Assembly: GCA_041649175.1 (NCBI GenBank)
Contig: JBAZNR010000002.1
Span: 47,149 to 111,148, forward strand
Reading direction: 5' to 3'
Length of the DNA stretch: 64,000 bases
DNA from: Candidatus Omnitrophota bacterium
GTDB lineage: Bacteria > Omnitrophota > Gorgyraeia > Zapsychrales > JBAZNR01
Every line of letters starts with the position of its first letter. Within the stretch, counting starts at the first letter, position 1. The notes beneath the pieces were generated by a model, which worked only from the letters and a program-made list of their open reading frames with translations, had not been told where the DNA came from and ran no database searches. Below, piece after piece: positions 1-9,589 of this stretch. Position numbers and translations under genes: made by a program.

Positions 1-46
1 CGATGATAAATAAAACGGAAGCGATGATGTAAGCGCTATTGATCAA
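1..46 (-). CDS. pntB: NAD(P) transhydrogenase beta subunit PntB, N-terminal fragment running off the window edge (putative TTG start at 46)
   Basis: Reverse-strand translation from a TTG at 46-44 gives L-I-N-S-A-Y-I-I-A-S-V-L-F-I-I, which resembles a PntB N-terminal TM helix. It lies immediately downstream of pntAB in the same orientation. Confidence 0.4.
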   Translation of the reverse strand, partial: MINSAYIIASVLFII

Positions 47-57
47 GATTTCCCGGC

Positions 58-375
58 TCACGGCTTGCCTCCGGGAGATTTAGTTTTAAACATTTTGAGC
101 ATGCGATCTGTAACCGTGTATCCTCCGACAACGTTGATCATAGCAAAGGCAACAGCTAAAGTTCCGATGACCGTACAAAAAGTGCTTCCAGGCGTTAAAC
201 CGACAGCCAGAAGGGCACCCACAATGGTAATTCCGGAAATAGCATTAGACCCCGACATAAGCGGTGTGTGCAAAGTAGACGGAACTTTCGCAATAAGTTC
301 AACGCCTAAGAAAATAGCAATGACGAAAATAAAAATAAGGTCGATCAACATTGCCGCACTGAGATTGGTTTCCAT
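58..375 (-). CDS. pntA: NAD(P) transhydrogenase alpha subunit part 2 (PntAB, membrane domain)
   Basis: 105 aa, all TM helices. Glycine-rich PntA-II-like sequence (GSNAISGITIVGALLAVG). Directly follows pntAA. Confidence 0.85.
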   Translation of the reverse strand: METNLSAAMLIDLIFIFVIAIFLGVELIAKVPSTLHTPLMSGSNAISGITIVGALLAVGLTPGSTFCTVIGTLAVAFAMINVVGGYTVTDRMLKMFKTKSPGGKP

Positions 376-387
376 TTAAGCCTCGCT

Positions 388-1542
388 TTAGTTCTTCAAT
401 AAAGCCGCATTAACAACTTTACCTTGATGAGTAATAAGACAGCCCGTGATGATATCGTCATCAAGTTTCAGATCAAATTTTTTTGTATCCGCATTCCAAT
501 ATTCTTCAACAAGGCTGCAAATATTGCTTGAGTACATTTGACTGGCATGGATGCTGACGCGGCCGGGCAGATTTCCTAAGCCTAAGATCAAAACACCGTT
601 AACCGTGACTTCTTCGTTAAGTTTTGAACCTTCCACGTTGCCGCCGCTTTCAACAGCCATATCGACAATGATGCTTCCCGGTTTCATTTGCGCGGCCGTC
701 TCTTTCGTGATCACGATCGGAGCACGGCGTCCGAAGAGTTGCGCGGTGGTAATGACAACATCGGATTGCGCGCAAACTTTTGCCATGCCTTGTCTTTGTT
801 TTTCTAATTGTTCGGTCGTGAGCGCCTTGGCGTAACCATCTTTGGTTTGACCGGTTTCGCCTAAATCAATTTCGACGAATTTCGCGCCCAACGACTGAAC
901 CTGCTCTTTAACAACGGGGCGGGTGTCAAAGGCTTCAACGCGCGCGCCAAGCCTCTTGGCGGTCGCGATAGCTTGTAATCCGGCAACACCGGCGCCGATC
1001 ACAAAAACGCGAGCCGGCGTAATTGTCCCGGCGGGTGTCATTAACATCGGGAAAATTTTAGCCGATCGCTCAGCCGCTAAGATAACAGCGACGTAGCCGG
1101 CTAAATTAGCTTGAGAGCTAAGGGCGTCCATTTTTTGCGCGCGGGTAGTGCGTGGGATCATTTCCATACTGATGGCGCTAATTTGATTTCTGGAAAATTC
1201 ATCAACTAAAACTTTTTCGTTAAAGGGATCGAGGAAGCTTATATGAATAGACCCTTTTTTGAGAAGGCCGATCTCTTCAAGAGGCGGTTTGCGTAGGCGT
1301 AAAATGAGATCAGATGAAGACAAGAGGCGTTTGCGGTCAGTTTCGACGGATGCGCCGGATTTCTTATATTCGTCATCGCGAATTCCGATGCTAACGCCTA
1401 AGCCTGTTTCAATGATGACTTGCGCGCCTTTTTTTGTTAGGCGTTCGACACTAGAGGGGATCACGCAAACACGTTTTTCTTCGGGATAAACTTCCTTTGG
1501 AATGCCGATGATCATGAAATACTTTTCCTCAAATTTGGTCAA
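388..1542 (-). CDS. pntA: NAD(P) transhydrogenase alpha subunit part 1 (PntAA, alanine dehydrogenase-like NAD-binding)
   Basis: 384 aa. Rossmann motif VFVIGAGVAGLQA. AlaDH/PNT family architecture. Operon with pntAB. Confidence 0.9.
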   Translation of the reverse strand: MTKFEEKYFMIIGIPKEVYPEEKRVCVIPSSVERLTKKGAQVIIETGLGVSIGIRDDEYKKSGASVETDRKRLLSSSDLILRLRKPPLEEIGLLKKGSIHISFLDPFNEKVLVDEFSRNQISAISMEMIPRTTRAQKMDALSSQANLAGYVAVILAAERSAKIFPMLMTPAGTITPARVFVIGAGVAGLQAIATAKRLGARVEAFDTRPVVKEQVQSLGAKFVEIDLGETGQTKDGYAKALTTEQLEKQRQGMAKVCAQSDVVITTAQLFGRRAPIVITKETAAQMKPGSIIVDMAVESGGNVEGSKLNEEVTVNGVLILGLGNLPGRVSIHASQMYSSNICSLVEEYWNADTKKFDLKLDDDIITGCLITHQGKVVNAALLKN

Positions 1543-1690
1543 AAATATTTATTGTAAATGAATAACCTTAAGATATCAAAACACCCTGCAAAGTCAAGAG
1601 AAATGACAAAGCTTTTTCTTGTTTTTGACTCTTGGCTCAAGTAAAATGGACATAACATTTTCTAGTTAACGTTTACCTAAGGAGGATGCA

Positions 1691-1846
1691 ATGGATTGGA
1701 AAGCGATTTTAGGAGCAGTTCTGATTTTAGGGGCCGTTATGTATCTTTTGTCGAAAAAGGGCGGATCTTGCTGCGGGACAAAATCCGAAAAAGACGAGAG
1801 CGGTAAAAAAGACGATTCCAAAGGCTGCTGCGGGCATAATCATTAA
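1691..1846 (+). CDS. small membrane peptide (51 aa) with one TM helix and two CCG motifs (SCCG...GCCGHNH)
   Basis: Not in the ORF track (<60 aa). Strong RBS AAGGAGGA 6 nt upstream of ATG 1691. Its stop codon lies 3 nt before the DUF2062 gene start. Hydrophobic N-terminus, Lys/Asp/Cys-rich tail. Confidence 0.45.
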   Translation: MDWKAILGAVLILGAVMYLLSKKGGSCCGTKSEKDESGKKDDSKGCCGHNH

Positions 1847-2341
1847 TTGATGGCGTTTGCCGAAAGAATAAAAAGATGGCTGCGCATCATTTGCCATAAA
1901 TTATTTGAGATCAATGATACGCCGCATCGTAAAGCGCTGGGTTTAGGACTGGGAGTTTTTTTGGGGATTTTTCCGGGAGCCGGTCCTATCGCTGCTTTAA
2001 CGGCGGCTTTTGTTTTTCGCGCGAATCGTGCCGCCGCGCTTTTAGGCAGTATTCTGACTAATACTTGGCTTAGCGTCGCTGTCTTTGCGTCGGCGGTTAA
2101 AATGGGTTCATTTTTGAATAAGCAAGACGCCCAATTTATTACTTCTGAGTGGAATAAATTGTTAGGTGATTTTTCTTGGGATAAATTAACACAAAAACCT
2201 TTTCTGGATGCGGCATTCGCTGTTTTCTTAGGGTTTTTTCTGATCAGTTTTACGCTTGGGCTCATCGTTTACGGATGTTCACTTTTCTTTTTTATCAAGC
2301 ATCAAAAATTTCAACAGAAAGATAAGTTATGCAAGGGTTAG
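1847..2341 (+). CDS. DUF2062-family membrane protein
   Basis: 164 aa. Motif LGLGLGVFLGIFPGAGPIAAL is typical of DUF2062. The likely ATG start is at 1850. Confidence 0.6.
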   Translation: MMAFAERIKRWLRIICHKLFEINDTPHRKALGLGLGVFLGIFPGAGPIAALTAAFVFRANRAAALLGSILTNTWLSVAVFASAVKMGSFLNKQDAQFITSEWNKLLGDFSWDKLTQKPFLDAAFAVFLGFFLISFTLGLIVYGCSLFFFIKHQKFQQKDKLCKG

Positions 2342-3657
2342 AGAAAATTCTTAATGAGCTAAGCAATATTGCTTGGGGCCCGGTGATGTTGTGTTTGCTT
2401 TTCGGGACGCATCTTTTTTTAACCGTTCGCACGGGATTTATTCAGCGCCATATTTTTAAAGCGATAAAACTTTCTTTGGAGCGAAAAAAAGAAGGCGATG
2501 GCGACATTAGCCACTTTGGCGCGCTGACGACAGCCTTGGCGGCAACGATCGGCACCGGAAATATTGTTGGGGTTGCGACCGCCATCGCCGCCGGAGGCCC
2601 GGGCGCGGTTTTATGGATGTGGTTGACGGGCGTTTTTGGGATCGCGACCAAATATTCTGAAGCGCTATTATCGGTCAAATACAGAACAAAAAATGCGCAA
2701 GGTTTTATGGCCGGCGGGCCGATGTATGTTTTAGAACGCGCGATGAATAATAAGCCCCTGGCTGTTCTATTCGCTTTTTTTACCGTTGTTGCGTCGTTTG
2801 GGATAGGGAATATGGTTCAAGCCAATTCGATCTCATCTCTAGCCAAAGAAACGTTTCATATTGCGCCATGGATCACCGGTATTATTATCACCAGTTTTAC
2901 CGCTTTCGTCATTATCGGCGGAATTAGATCCATCGCAAAATGCTGCGAGAAATTAATTCCGTTCATGGCCGTATTTTATGTTTTAGGCTGTCTTATCTTG
3001 CTAGCGATGAAATGGCAGACAATTCCGCAAACAATTTCTTTGATTTTTTCTAGCGCCTTTACGGGGCAAGCGGCTGTCGGAGGTTTCTTAGGCGCCGGGA
3101 TGAAAGAGGCTATGCGTTTTGGTATTGCGCGCGGACTTTTTTCAAATGAATCAGGATTAGGGAGCGCGCCCATTGTTGCGGCGGCGGCGCAGACGAAAAA
3201 CGCAGTTCGCCAAGCTCTTGTTTCATCTACCGGAACATTCTGGGATACGGTTGTGGTGTGCGCGATGACTGGATTGGTTTTAGTTAATTCCGGCGAATGG
3301 ATGCAAGGCTTAGGCGGCGCGGCTTTGACAAAAAAAGCATTTGAAGATTTTCCTGTTATTGGCCCGGCTCTTCTAACGGTCGGGCTTTTAACATTTGTTT
3401 TCTCGACGATATTAGGCTGGTCTTATTACGGCGAAAAAGCCGCTGAGTATTTATGGGGTACGGGCTCCATAAAAATATACCGCTGGATATGGGTTGCGGC
3501 GGTGATGGTCGGTTCTGTTGCAACGCTTCCGATCGTCTGGTCATTTGCCGATATTGCCAATGCCTGTATGGCTATTCCCAATTTGATCTCTCTAATCGTA
3601 TTAAACGGTATTATCGCGCAAGAGACAAGGCAGTTTGCGTTTTTAGAAACCCGGTGA
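2329..3657 (+). CDS. alanine/glycine:cation symporter (AGCS family)
   Basis: 442 aa polytopic protein. Signature GTGNIVGVATAIAAGGPGAVLWMW. Confidence 0.9.
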   Translation: MQGLEKILNELSNIAWGPVMLCLLFGTHLFLTVRTGFIQRHIFKAIKLSLERKKEGDGDISHFGALTTALAATIGTGNIVGVATAIAAGGPGAVLWMWLTGVFGIATKYSEALLSVKYRTKNAQGFMAGGPMYVLERAMNNKPLAVLFAFFTVVASFGIGNMVQANSISSLAKETFHIAPWITGIIITSFTAFVIIGGIRSIAKCCEKLIPFMAVFYVLGCLILLAMKWQTIPQTISLIFSSAFTGQAAVGGFLGAGMKEAMRFGIARGLFSNESGLGSAPIVAAAAQTKNAVRQALVSSTGTFWDTVVVCAMTGLVLVNSGEWMQGLGGAALTKKAFEDFPVIGPALLTVGLLTFVFSTILGWSYYGEKAAEYLWGTGSIKIYRWIWVAAVMVGSVATLPIVWSFADIANACMAIPNLISLIVLNGIIAQETRQFAFLETR

Positions 3658-3701
3658 TCCGCAAGAGAACTATTTCTTTCGGATACAATGAGGAAATCTT
3701 G

Positions 3702-4970
3702 ATGAGAGCAGGACTAAAAATCTTTATTTTATTCGCTGTTCCATTTTTAGCTTTTGCGCGACCGGCATCAGCGGCAACCATTATTTTTAAGTCCGGAGAA
3801 AAAGTAGTCGGGACAATTATGGAGCGCTCCGATCAGTATGTAGAATTTGAAACAAGCGGAACAACGAAGTTGTATTTCTTAGAAGATATTGCGACTATCG
3901 AAGAGGACGCGGCGCTTGTCGTTGAAAAGAAAAAAGAAGAACCTGCTATGCTCAAAGGTCCAAATCCTGCCGGTGCTTTGGCTGTAAATGAAAAAAAGGC
4001 TCCGGAGAAACAAAACAGCTTTTCGGATCAGGCTTTGATGCTTTATGGTAATCGGCGCGGAGACATCAACATTCGGCATCCGCAAGGGTGGCATATTATG
4101 GAGAAAAAATATGCTTATCCGTATCAGATCTATATTTCCCGCGAAAGAATTAAATCCCCCAATGATGTTTTTGAAGCCGGGATCACGATCTTCAAATATT
4201 ATCATCAGTCATGGTATTTGAATCTTAATAAAGACAACGTTGAGCAATCTTTGCTGACGATGGCGCAGGCTTCTGAACAAGCGCCGCCGGGGGTTACCAA
4301 GACTCTGGTCAAAAGAAAATCTATTTTGCTGGACGGTGCGTCCGGAATTATGGATGAGGCCATTCTTAAAGCGGATTCCGGACGAGAGGCCAGAGTTTAT
4401 CATGTGTTCGCGATGAAGGATGATGTTTTCGTTCAGTTCATTTTGGAAGCAAAGCCGGCGGAATTTGAAAACTATCGCGGCCGCTTTGAAGAAATACTTA
4501 AAACTGCGCGGATCTTTAATTTAGCCGGACGCGAACCCGACAATAAAACACTTGATAAAGAAATTGAACAATATGTTCTTAATGATGCGGTGAAATCGGG
4601 CAGTTCAGATTTTCGTCAGGTTGCCGAAGTTTTTGAAAAAGCGGTGGCAATGAATCCCTCTAACGCTAAAACCAGATTTTTACGCGCCGGATTTCTAATG
4701 GACGTAGCGAAGGGCGCGGACCAGAAAAATCAAGGCCTTTTCTTAAAGGAAGCAGAGGCAGATTTTATGATGGCGGCTGAGCTGTATATGAAATTCCCGC
4801 AAGATTATGATCAAAGAGACCGCCATGTGAATTTAGGGCAAATATATTTTCTTCTGGGAGATATGTATTATTTTCCGTATGGACAAAAAGATAACGCGAA
4901 AGAATTTTATAAAAAATCGGTCGAATTTGGAGACCCGAGAGCTTCGGAAGCCCTCAAGAAACAATTTTAA
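3702..4970 (+). CDS. secreted hypothetical protein (signal peptide; helical/TPR-like C-terminus)
   Basis: Internal ATG at 3702 gives MRAGLKIFILFAVPFLAFARPASA, a signal peptide. The longer track ORF from 3453 overlaps the upstream symporter. No catalytic motif recognised. Confidence 0.55.
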   Translation: MRAGLKIFILFAVPFLAFARPASAATIIFKSGEKVVGTIMERSDQYVEFETSGTTKLYFLEDIATIEEDAALVVEKKKEEPAMLKGPNPAGALAVNEKKAPEKQNSFSDQALMLYGNRRGDINIRHPQGWHIMEKKYAYPYQIYISRERIKSPNDVFEAGITIFKYYHQSWYLNLNKDNVEQSLLTMAQASEQAPPGVTKTLVKRKSILLDGASGIMDEAILKADSGREARVYHVFAMKDDVFVQFILEAKPAEFENYRGRFEEILKTARIFNLAGREPDNKTLDKEIEQYVLNDAVKSGSSDFRQVAEVFEKAVAMNPSNAKTRFLRAGFLMDVAKGADQKNQGLFLKEAEADFMMAAELYMKFPQDYDQRDRHVNLGQIYFLLGDMYYFPYGQKDNAKEFYKKSVEFGDPRASEALKKQF

Positions 4971-4975
4971 TTCTT

Positions 4976-5977
4976 ATGGATAAAAATTCATTTAATGCTT
5001 TGGTGGTACGCGAAGTTTCCGAAGGAAAATTTATTCGAGAAATTGCGCAACGGCAGATCAGCGATCTGCCTGTGGGAGAAGTTTTGATCCGCGTAAAATA
5101 TTCATCGCTAAATTATAAGGATGCGCTTTCGGCGAGCGGGCATAAGGGTGTTACAAAAAAATATCCGCATACGCCGGGTGTCGACGCGGCAGGGATTGTT
5201 GAAGAAAGCCGATCATCCGAATTCAAGCTAGGCGAAGAAGTCATTGTGACCGGATTTGATCTGGGAATGAATACATCCGGCGGGTTTGGGCAGTATATTC
5301 GCGTGCCGGCAGGGTGGGTTATAAAGCGTCCGGAAAAACTTTCTCTTAAAGAATGTATGATCTATGGGACGGCGGGTTTCACGGCGGCGCTTTCTTTGTG
5401 GAAATTGGAGAAAAATGATCTAAATTCATCAAAGGGTGATGTTTTGGTGACCGGAGCGACGGGTGGCGTGGGCAGTATGGCGGTGGCGATTTTATCAAAA
5501 GCCGGATACAGCGTTTCGGCGGTAACGGGAAAAGCTCACGAACGAGATTATTTATTAAGACTTGGCGCAAAAGAAGTTATTTCTCGCGAGGAGATGGATG
5601 ACAAAAGCGGAAAAGTTTTCTTAAAAGAACGCTGGGCGGCGGTTATTGATACGGTGGGTGGTAATATTCTGACAACGGCGCTTAAGTCGACAAAATTCGG
5701 CGGCAGCGTTACCTGTTGCGGAATGATCACTTCTAATGAATTAAAGACGGCGATCTTTCCCTTTATTTTAAAAGGCATCAATCTTTTAGGCATTGCCTCG
5801 GCAGAAACGCCTTTGGAAATAAAAAAGGAAATATGGGAAAGATTATCACGACAGTGGAAGATCGATTCTTTTCAAGAGAGCGCGCAAGAATGTTCTTTGG
5901 GCGAATTGAACCCAAAGATAGACATGATTTTAAAGGGCCAGATCAGAGGAAGAGTTTTTGTTGATTTAGAAAACTAA
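4976..5977 (+). CDS. MDR-superfamily quinone oxidoreductase, YhdH/AcuI-like
   Basis: 333 aa. GroES-like N-terminus followed by the Rossmann motif VTGATGGVGSMAV. Confidence 0.75.
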   Translation: MDKNSFNALVVREVSEGKFIREIAQRQISDLPVGEVLIRVKYSSLNYKDALSASGHKGVTKKYPHTPGVDAAGIVEESRSSEFKLGEEVIVTGFDLGMNTSGGFGQYIRVPAGWVIKRPEKLSLKECMIYGTAGFTAALSLWKLEKNDLNSSKGDVLVTGATGGVGSMAVAILSKAGYSVSAVTGKAHERDYLLRLGAKEVISREEMDDKSGKVFLKERWAAVIDTVGGNILTTALKSTKFGGSVTCCGMITSNELKTAIFPFILKGINLLGIASAETPLEIKKEIWERLSRQWKIDSFQESAQECSLGELNPKIDMILKGQIRGRVFVDLEN

Positions 5978-5992
5978 GGAAAGGAAAAGCAA

Positions 5993-6583
5993 TTGCTTAA
6001 CGAGCATGAATTAGCGAATAAAATTATTGATATGATGCGTAATCTAGGAGACATGGGTGTTTTTATCGGGATGTTTCTTGAATCCAGCATTGTTCCTATT
6101 CCATCGGAAGTTGTAGTGGTGGGTGCAGGAGCCATTGGGATTTCAATTTCATCCATTGTTATTTTTGGAGCTTTGGGTTCGACACTGGGTGCTATGGTTG
6201 GTTACGCCCTGGGCCGGTATGCGGCGATGCCGATCATATTAAAATTTGGAAAATATATTCTGATCAAACCGCATCACATTGAAAAAGCGGAAGCCTTTGT
6301 CAAAAAATATGGAATTTATAGTGTTTTGATAGGAAGAGTTTTGCCGGTTGTTCCGTTCAAGGTTTTTTCTATTGCGGCGGGGATAACGAAATTACCGTGG
6401 GTTCCGTTCGTTATTTGCACATTGATTGGTGTTGTTCCGCGGCTGTTTCTTTTGTCGATTTTTGGGATGAGTTTGGTGAAATATACTAGACCATCTTTAC
6501 TTGCCTTAGGCGGAGTGATCTTGATCTTTGTGGCGTATAAATTATCGAGAAGGTTTTACGCTAATCCATCACGCAATCGGTAG
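5993..6583 (+). CDS. DedA/SNARE-associated family membrane protein
   Basis: 196 aa. DedA-type glycine-rich motifs. 4-5 TM helices. Confidence 0.8.
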   Translation: MLNEHELANKIIDMMRNLGDMGVFIGMFLESSIVPIPSEVVVVGAGAIGISISSIVIFGALGSTLGAMVGYALGRYAAMPIILKFGKYILIKPHHIEKAEAFVKKYGIYSVLIGRVLPVVPFKVFSIAAGITKLPWVPFVICTLIGVVPRLFLLSIFGMSLVKYTRPSLLALGGVILIFVAYKLSRRFYANPSRNR

Positions 6584-8378
6584 GGGAAGTTTGCTTCATC
6601 AGATCTGCCGTTGCCGCATTTTCTTTTAAATGGGCGATGAGCGCATCAGCGCCGATGCGTCGATGGAAGGCGCCGAGTGTTTCACCGGGCTTAGCAGTTG
6701 TCTTGTAGAATTTAAAGAGCGTATTTAAAAGGGCCGCAACTTTTTCCCTCGAAATAGAACGCAGATACATTGTTGTTCCATCACCTGACATAAGCGGTGT
6801 TCCTTGAAAACGTCCGTCTTCGCTGGCAAAAAGTTTTAATTGATAGCGGTCCACGCCGGAACCGATCAAACCGATCGTTTTTGTGGCGGGACGAAAACAT
6901 TGCCGCTCGCATCCGGTGATCCCGATCGATTCTGCCAGATCACCCCAGCCCAAAGTTTCTAATTCATCAATAAGAAATGGTTCGAATTTTTCCGAGTCGG
7001 TATAAGTCAATCGGCACGTATCGCGTCCGACGCAAGCGCCGGAATGCAATCGAAGCGCGGAATAGGCTTTCCCATTTCTTTTTCCAAAACCATAGCTTGC
7101 TAGATCATTTTCAAAATCCGCTTTAGACTTTTCGGGAATATTGACAAACAGCACATCTTGATTGGGCGTGATCATGAGTTCTATTGGATATTTGTTCATC
7201 ACGCTTCGGATCATGGTTTTTAGTTTTCCGTTGGGGCTATGATCGGTTACGCGTCCGTTTTCAATAAACGCACCAAAAGCCCATAATCCGTTTGAGGGTT
7301 GTTTGGTCCATCCAAAATGTAAATGTCTTGCGCCGTAATCCAAGGAAAGGTCTGGCTTTTCAAGCGGAAAACCGACTTTCATGGAAACCTGTTCGCGATA
7401 CCAATCGGTTCCCATTTTTTTGATCACATATTTCAGGCGCGCCCAAAAACGGTTTTGCCGGTCACCAAATTCTGCGTGAACTTTGACAATGGCGTCTAAA
7501 ACGGGCATTAATTGCTCTTCGCTGACCTGGCACAGCGGTCGCCCTAGGGAGGCCATGCTGGGTTTTCCGTTGCGTTCACCTTGGCCGCCGCCGGCATAAA
7601 TTTGGAATTTTGCAACTTTACCATTTTCAATGATGGGCGCGACTCCGACGTCATTGGTCAAGAATTCGGTGCAATTATCGGGAATTAATTTCTTCGTTTT
7701 TTCATCGCGGTGAACGGCGGAAAACGCGATCTTAAATTTTCTATTTAGCAAATTGGGCCCATAAGAAAATGATTCATCCGGCTGGCGAACATATTTGGGG
7801 TCGATCGCGAATATTTCAATGAACGGTGCTAGGGGAAGTTGAAAATAAAGCGCGACTTTTTTGGCCCAGGCATTGGCGTTAAAAATATCCGAGTAGCACG
7901 ATAAAGGGCAGGCCATAACATTGCGCGTATTATCGCCACAGCCGTTTAGCGTATTGAATCCTGATTCGGCAATGCGTTTTACGATCTCAAGGATGGCCGG
8001 TTTTTTGACCCAATGGAATTGGATATTCTGACGATTGGTGAATCGCAGGGATGTATGGCCGTCGCTATCGGCGGTGAACTTTTCTGAAAGTTCATCTAAG
8101 ATCTGCCATTGCTTTCGATTGATCGGCCCGCCGCCGGGAATGCTGACACGAATAAGGTACATCCAGTCTTTTTCATTTCCCGTTTTGGCGCGGTTGAATT
8201 CCAGGTAAAATCCGTAGGATTTGGCGAGTTGCTCAGATTCCCAAATAATGTCGGGCTTATCGTCGCGCAGATCTTGGTAGAGAGTGCCGCGCAATCCCTT
8301 CGAATTGAGTTTATTAAGCTCTTCTTTGGAGAATTGTTCTTGCGGAGTTTTAAAATTAGGATTGAATTCTTTTTTCAT
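6561..8378 (-). CDS. ferredoxin-type nitrite/sulfite reductase hemoprotein (siroheme-[4Fe-4S])
   Basis: 605 aa. Siroheme-cluster cysteine motifs C-x5-C (CVGRDTC) and C-x3-C (CERQC). Duplicated NIR_SIR ferredoxin-like fold. Confidence 0.85.
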   Translation of the reverse strand: MKKEFNPNFKTPQEQFSKEELNKLNSKGLRGTLYQDLRDDKPDIIWESEQLAKSYGFYLEFNRAKTGNEKDWMYLIRVSIPGGGPINRKQWQILDELSEKFTADSDGHTSLRFTNRQNIQFHWVKKPAILEIVKRIAESGFNTLNGCGDNTRNVMACPLSCYSDIFNANAWAKKVALYFQLPLAPFIEIFAIDPKYVRQPDESFSYGPNLLNRKFKIAFSAVHRDEKTKKLIPDNCTEFLTNDVGVAPIIENGKVAKFQIYAGGGQGERNGKPSMASLGRPLCQVSEEQLMPVLDAIVKVHAEFGDRQNRFWARLKYVIKKMGTDWYREQVSMKVGFPLEKPDLSLDYGARHLHFGWTKQPSNGLWAFGAFIENGRVTDHSPNGKLKTMIRSVMNKYPIELMITPNQDVLFVNIPEKSKADFENDLASYGFGKRNGKAYSALRLHSGACVGRDTCRLTYTDSEKFEPFLIDELETLGWGDLAESIGITGCERQCFRPATKTIGLIGSGVDRYQLKLFASEDGRFQGTPLMSGDGTTMYLRSISREKVAALLNTLFKFYKTTAKPGETLGAFHRRIGADALIAHLKENAATADLMKQTSPTDCVMD

Positions 8379-8488
8379 CTGCGTTAATATGTTTTTGAGT
8401 TAATTCCGTCTGGAAAAGACGTATATCATAATATCCTATGGTCTTTGAAAGTCAATAATTTTTCTCCTGTTTCTTAAGAAAAAATATC

Positions 8489-9565
8489 GTGTCTGCTACC
8501 CAAAATAATTATGTTGGACGATTTTATAAAGAAGTTGAAAACGGACGGATCCTCTGTGATCTGTGTCCAAGGAATTGTGTCTTGTCCGACGGTCAACGTG
8601 GGTTTTGCTTTGTTCGTCAGAACATAAACGGGCAAATGATCCTGACGACATACGGGCGCAGCAGCGGTTTTTGCATTGACCCCATTGAAAAGAAACCGCT
8701 GAATCACTTCTTTCCGGGGACAAGTATCTTTTCTTTTGGGACGGCCGGATGCAATTTGGGATGTAAATTCTGCCAAAATTGGGATATTAGCAAATCGAAG
8801 GAATTTGAACGATTATCTGAAGAAGCAACGCCGGAAAGAATTGCTCAAACAGCAAAAAAGTTAGATTGCCGTAGCGTTGCGTTCACCTACAATGATCCGG
8901 TCATTTTTGCCGAATACGCGATGGATACGGCGGATGCCTGTCGGGCTTTAGGGATCTATGCGGTTGCTAAAACTGCAGGGTACATTACCGATGAAGCTCG
9001 TCCGGAATTCTTTAAGCATATGGATGCGGCCAATGTTGACCTAAAAGCTTTTACTGAAAAATTCTATCGGAATTTAACTCTTTCCGGGCTAAGGCCCGTT
9101 CTCGACACGCTCACTTTTCTAAAAGAAAAAACAAAAGTTTGGCTGGAGATCACGAATTTGATCATTCCCGGTGAAAATGATTCGCCGGAAGAATTTCTTG
9201 AAATGTGCAAGTGGATCGTTAAAAATCTTGGGGCGGATGTTCCTGTGCATTTTACGGCGTTCCATCCTGATTTTAAGATGAACGATCATCCGGCGACGTC
9301 GGCGAGTACATTGCGTAAAGCGCGCGAGATCGCTTTGGCGCAGGGAATACATTTTGTTTACACCGGGAATGTCAGTGATGTTAAAACACAAAGCACGTAT
9401 TGCCACGGATGCGGAAAACTCCTCATTGAACGTAATTGGTACGAATTAGGCGCGTATCATATTAAAGGCGGAAAATGCCGGTATTGTCAAACAGTTTGCC
9501 CCGGATATTTTGAAGATAGCGCCGGCCGTTGGGGTTCAAAACGTGTGCCGGTAAGTATGAACTAA
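8489..9565 (+). CDS. AmmeMemoRadiSam-system radical SAM enzyme (PflA-like activase family)
   Basis: 358 aa, GTG start. N-terminal CDLCPRNCVLSDGQRGFCFVRQ plus CNLGCKFCQN (Cx3Cx2C) and C-terminal CHGCG/CRYCQTVC. Confidence 0.8.
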   Translation: MSATQNNYVGRFYKEVENGRILCDLCPRNCVLSDGQRGFCFVRQNINGQMILTTYGRSSGFCIDPIEKKPLNHFFPGTSIFSFGTAGCNLGCKFCQNWDISKSKEFERLSEEATPERIAQTAKKLDCRSVAFTYNDPVIFAEYAMDTADACRALGIYAVAKTAGYITDEARPEFFKHMDAANVDLKAFTEKFYRNLTLSGLRPVLDTLTFLKEKTKVWLEITNLIIPGENDSPEEFLEMCKWIVKNLGADVPVHFTAFHPDFKMNDHPATSASTLRKAREIALAQGIHFVYTGNVSDVKTQSTYCHGCGKLLIERNWYELGAYHIKGGKCRYCQTVCPGYFEDSAGRWGSKRVPVSMN

Positions 9566-9589
9566 TATCAATGATCAAAAGGAGATCTT

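Noticed and set aside
551-835. 94-aa + strand ORF inside pntAA
   Set aside because: It lies entirely antisense to a well-supported gene. It is Ser/Thr/Pro-rich, low-complexity and has no RBS. It is typical of spurious antisense ORFs.
1619-1651. TTGACT…TAAAAT promoter-like sequence upstream of the small CCG peptide
   Set aside because: The spacer between the hexamers is only 14 bp (TTGACT 1626-1631, TAAAAT 1646-1651), so this is unlikely to be a functional sigma70 promoter as drawn.
1843-2265. 140-aa - strand ORF overlapping the DUF2062 gene
   Set aside because: It is antisense to a + strand gene that has a coherent TM pattern and tight coupling to the upstream peptide. It is Lys/Ala-rich and low-complexity.
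8474-8776. 100-aa - strand ORF overlapping the start of the radical SAM gene
   Set aside because: It is antisense to the Cys-motif-bearing N-terminus of a well-supported gene and has no RBS.
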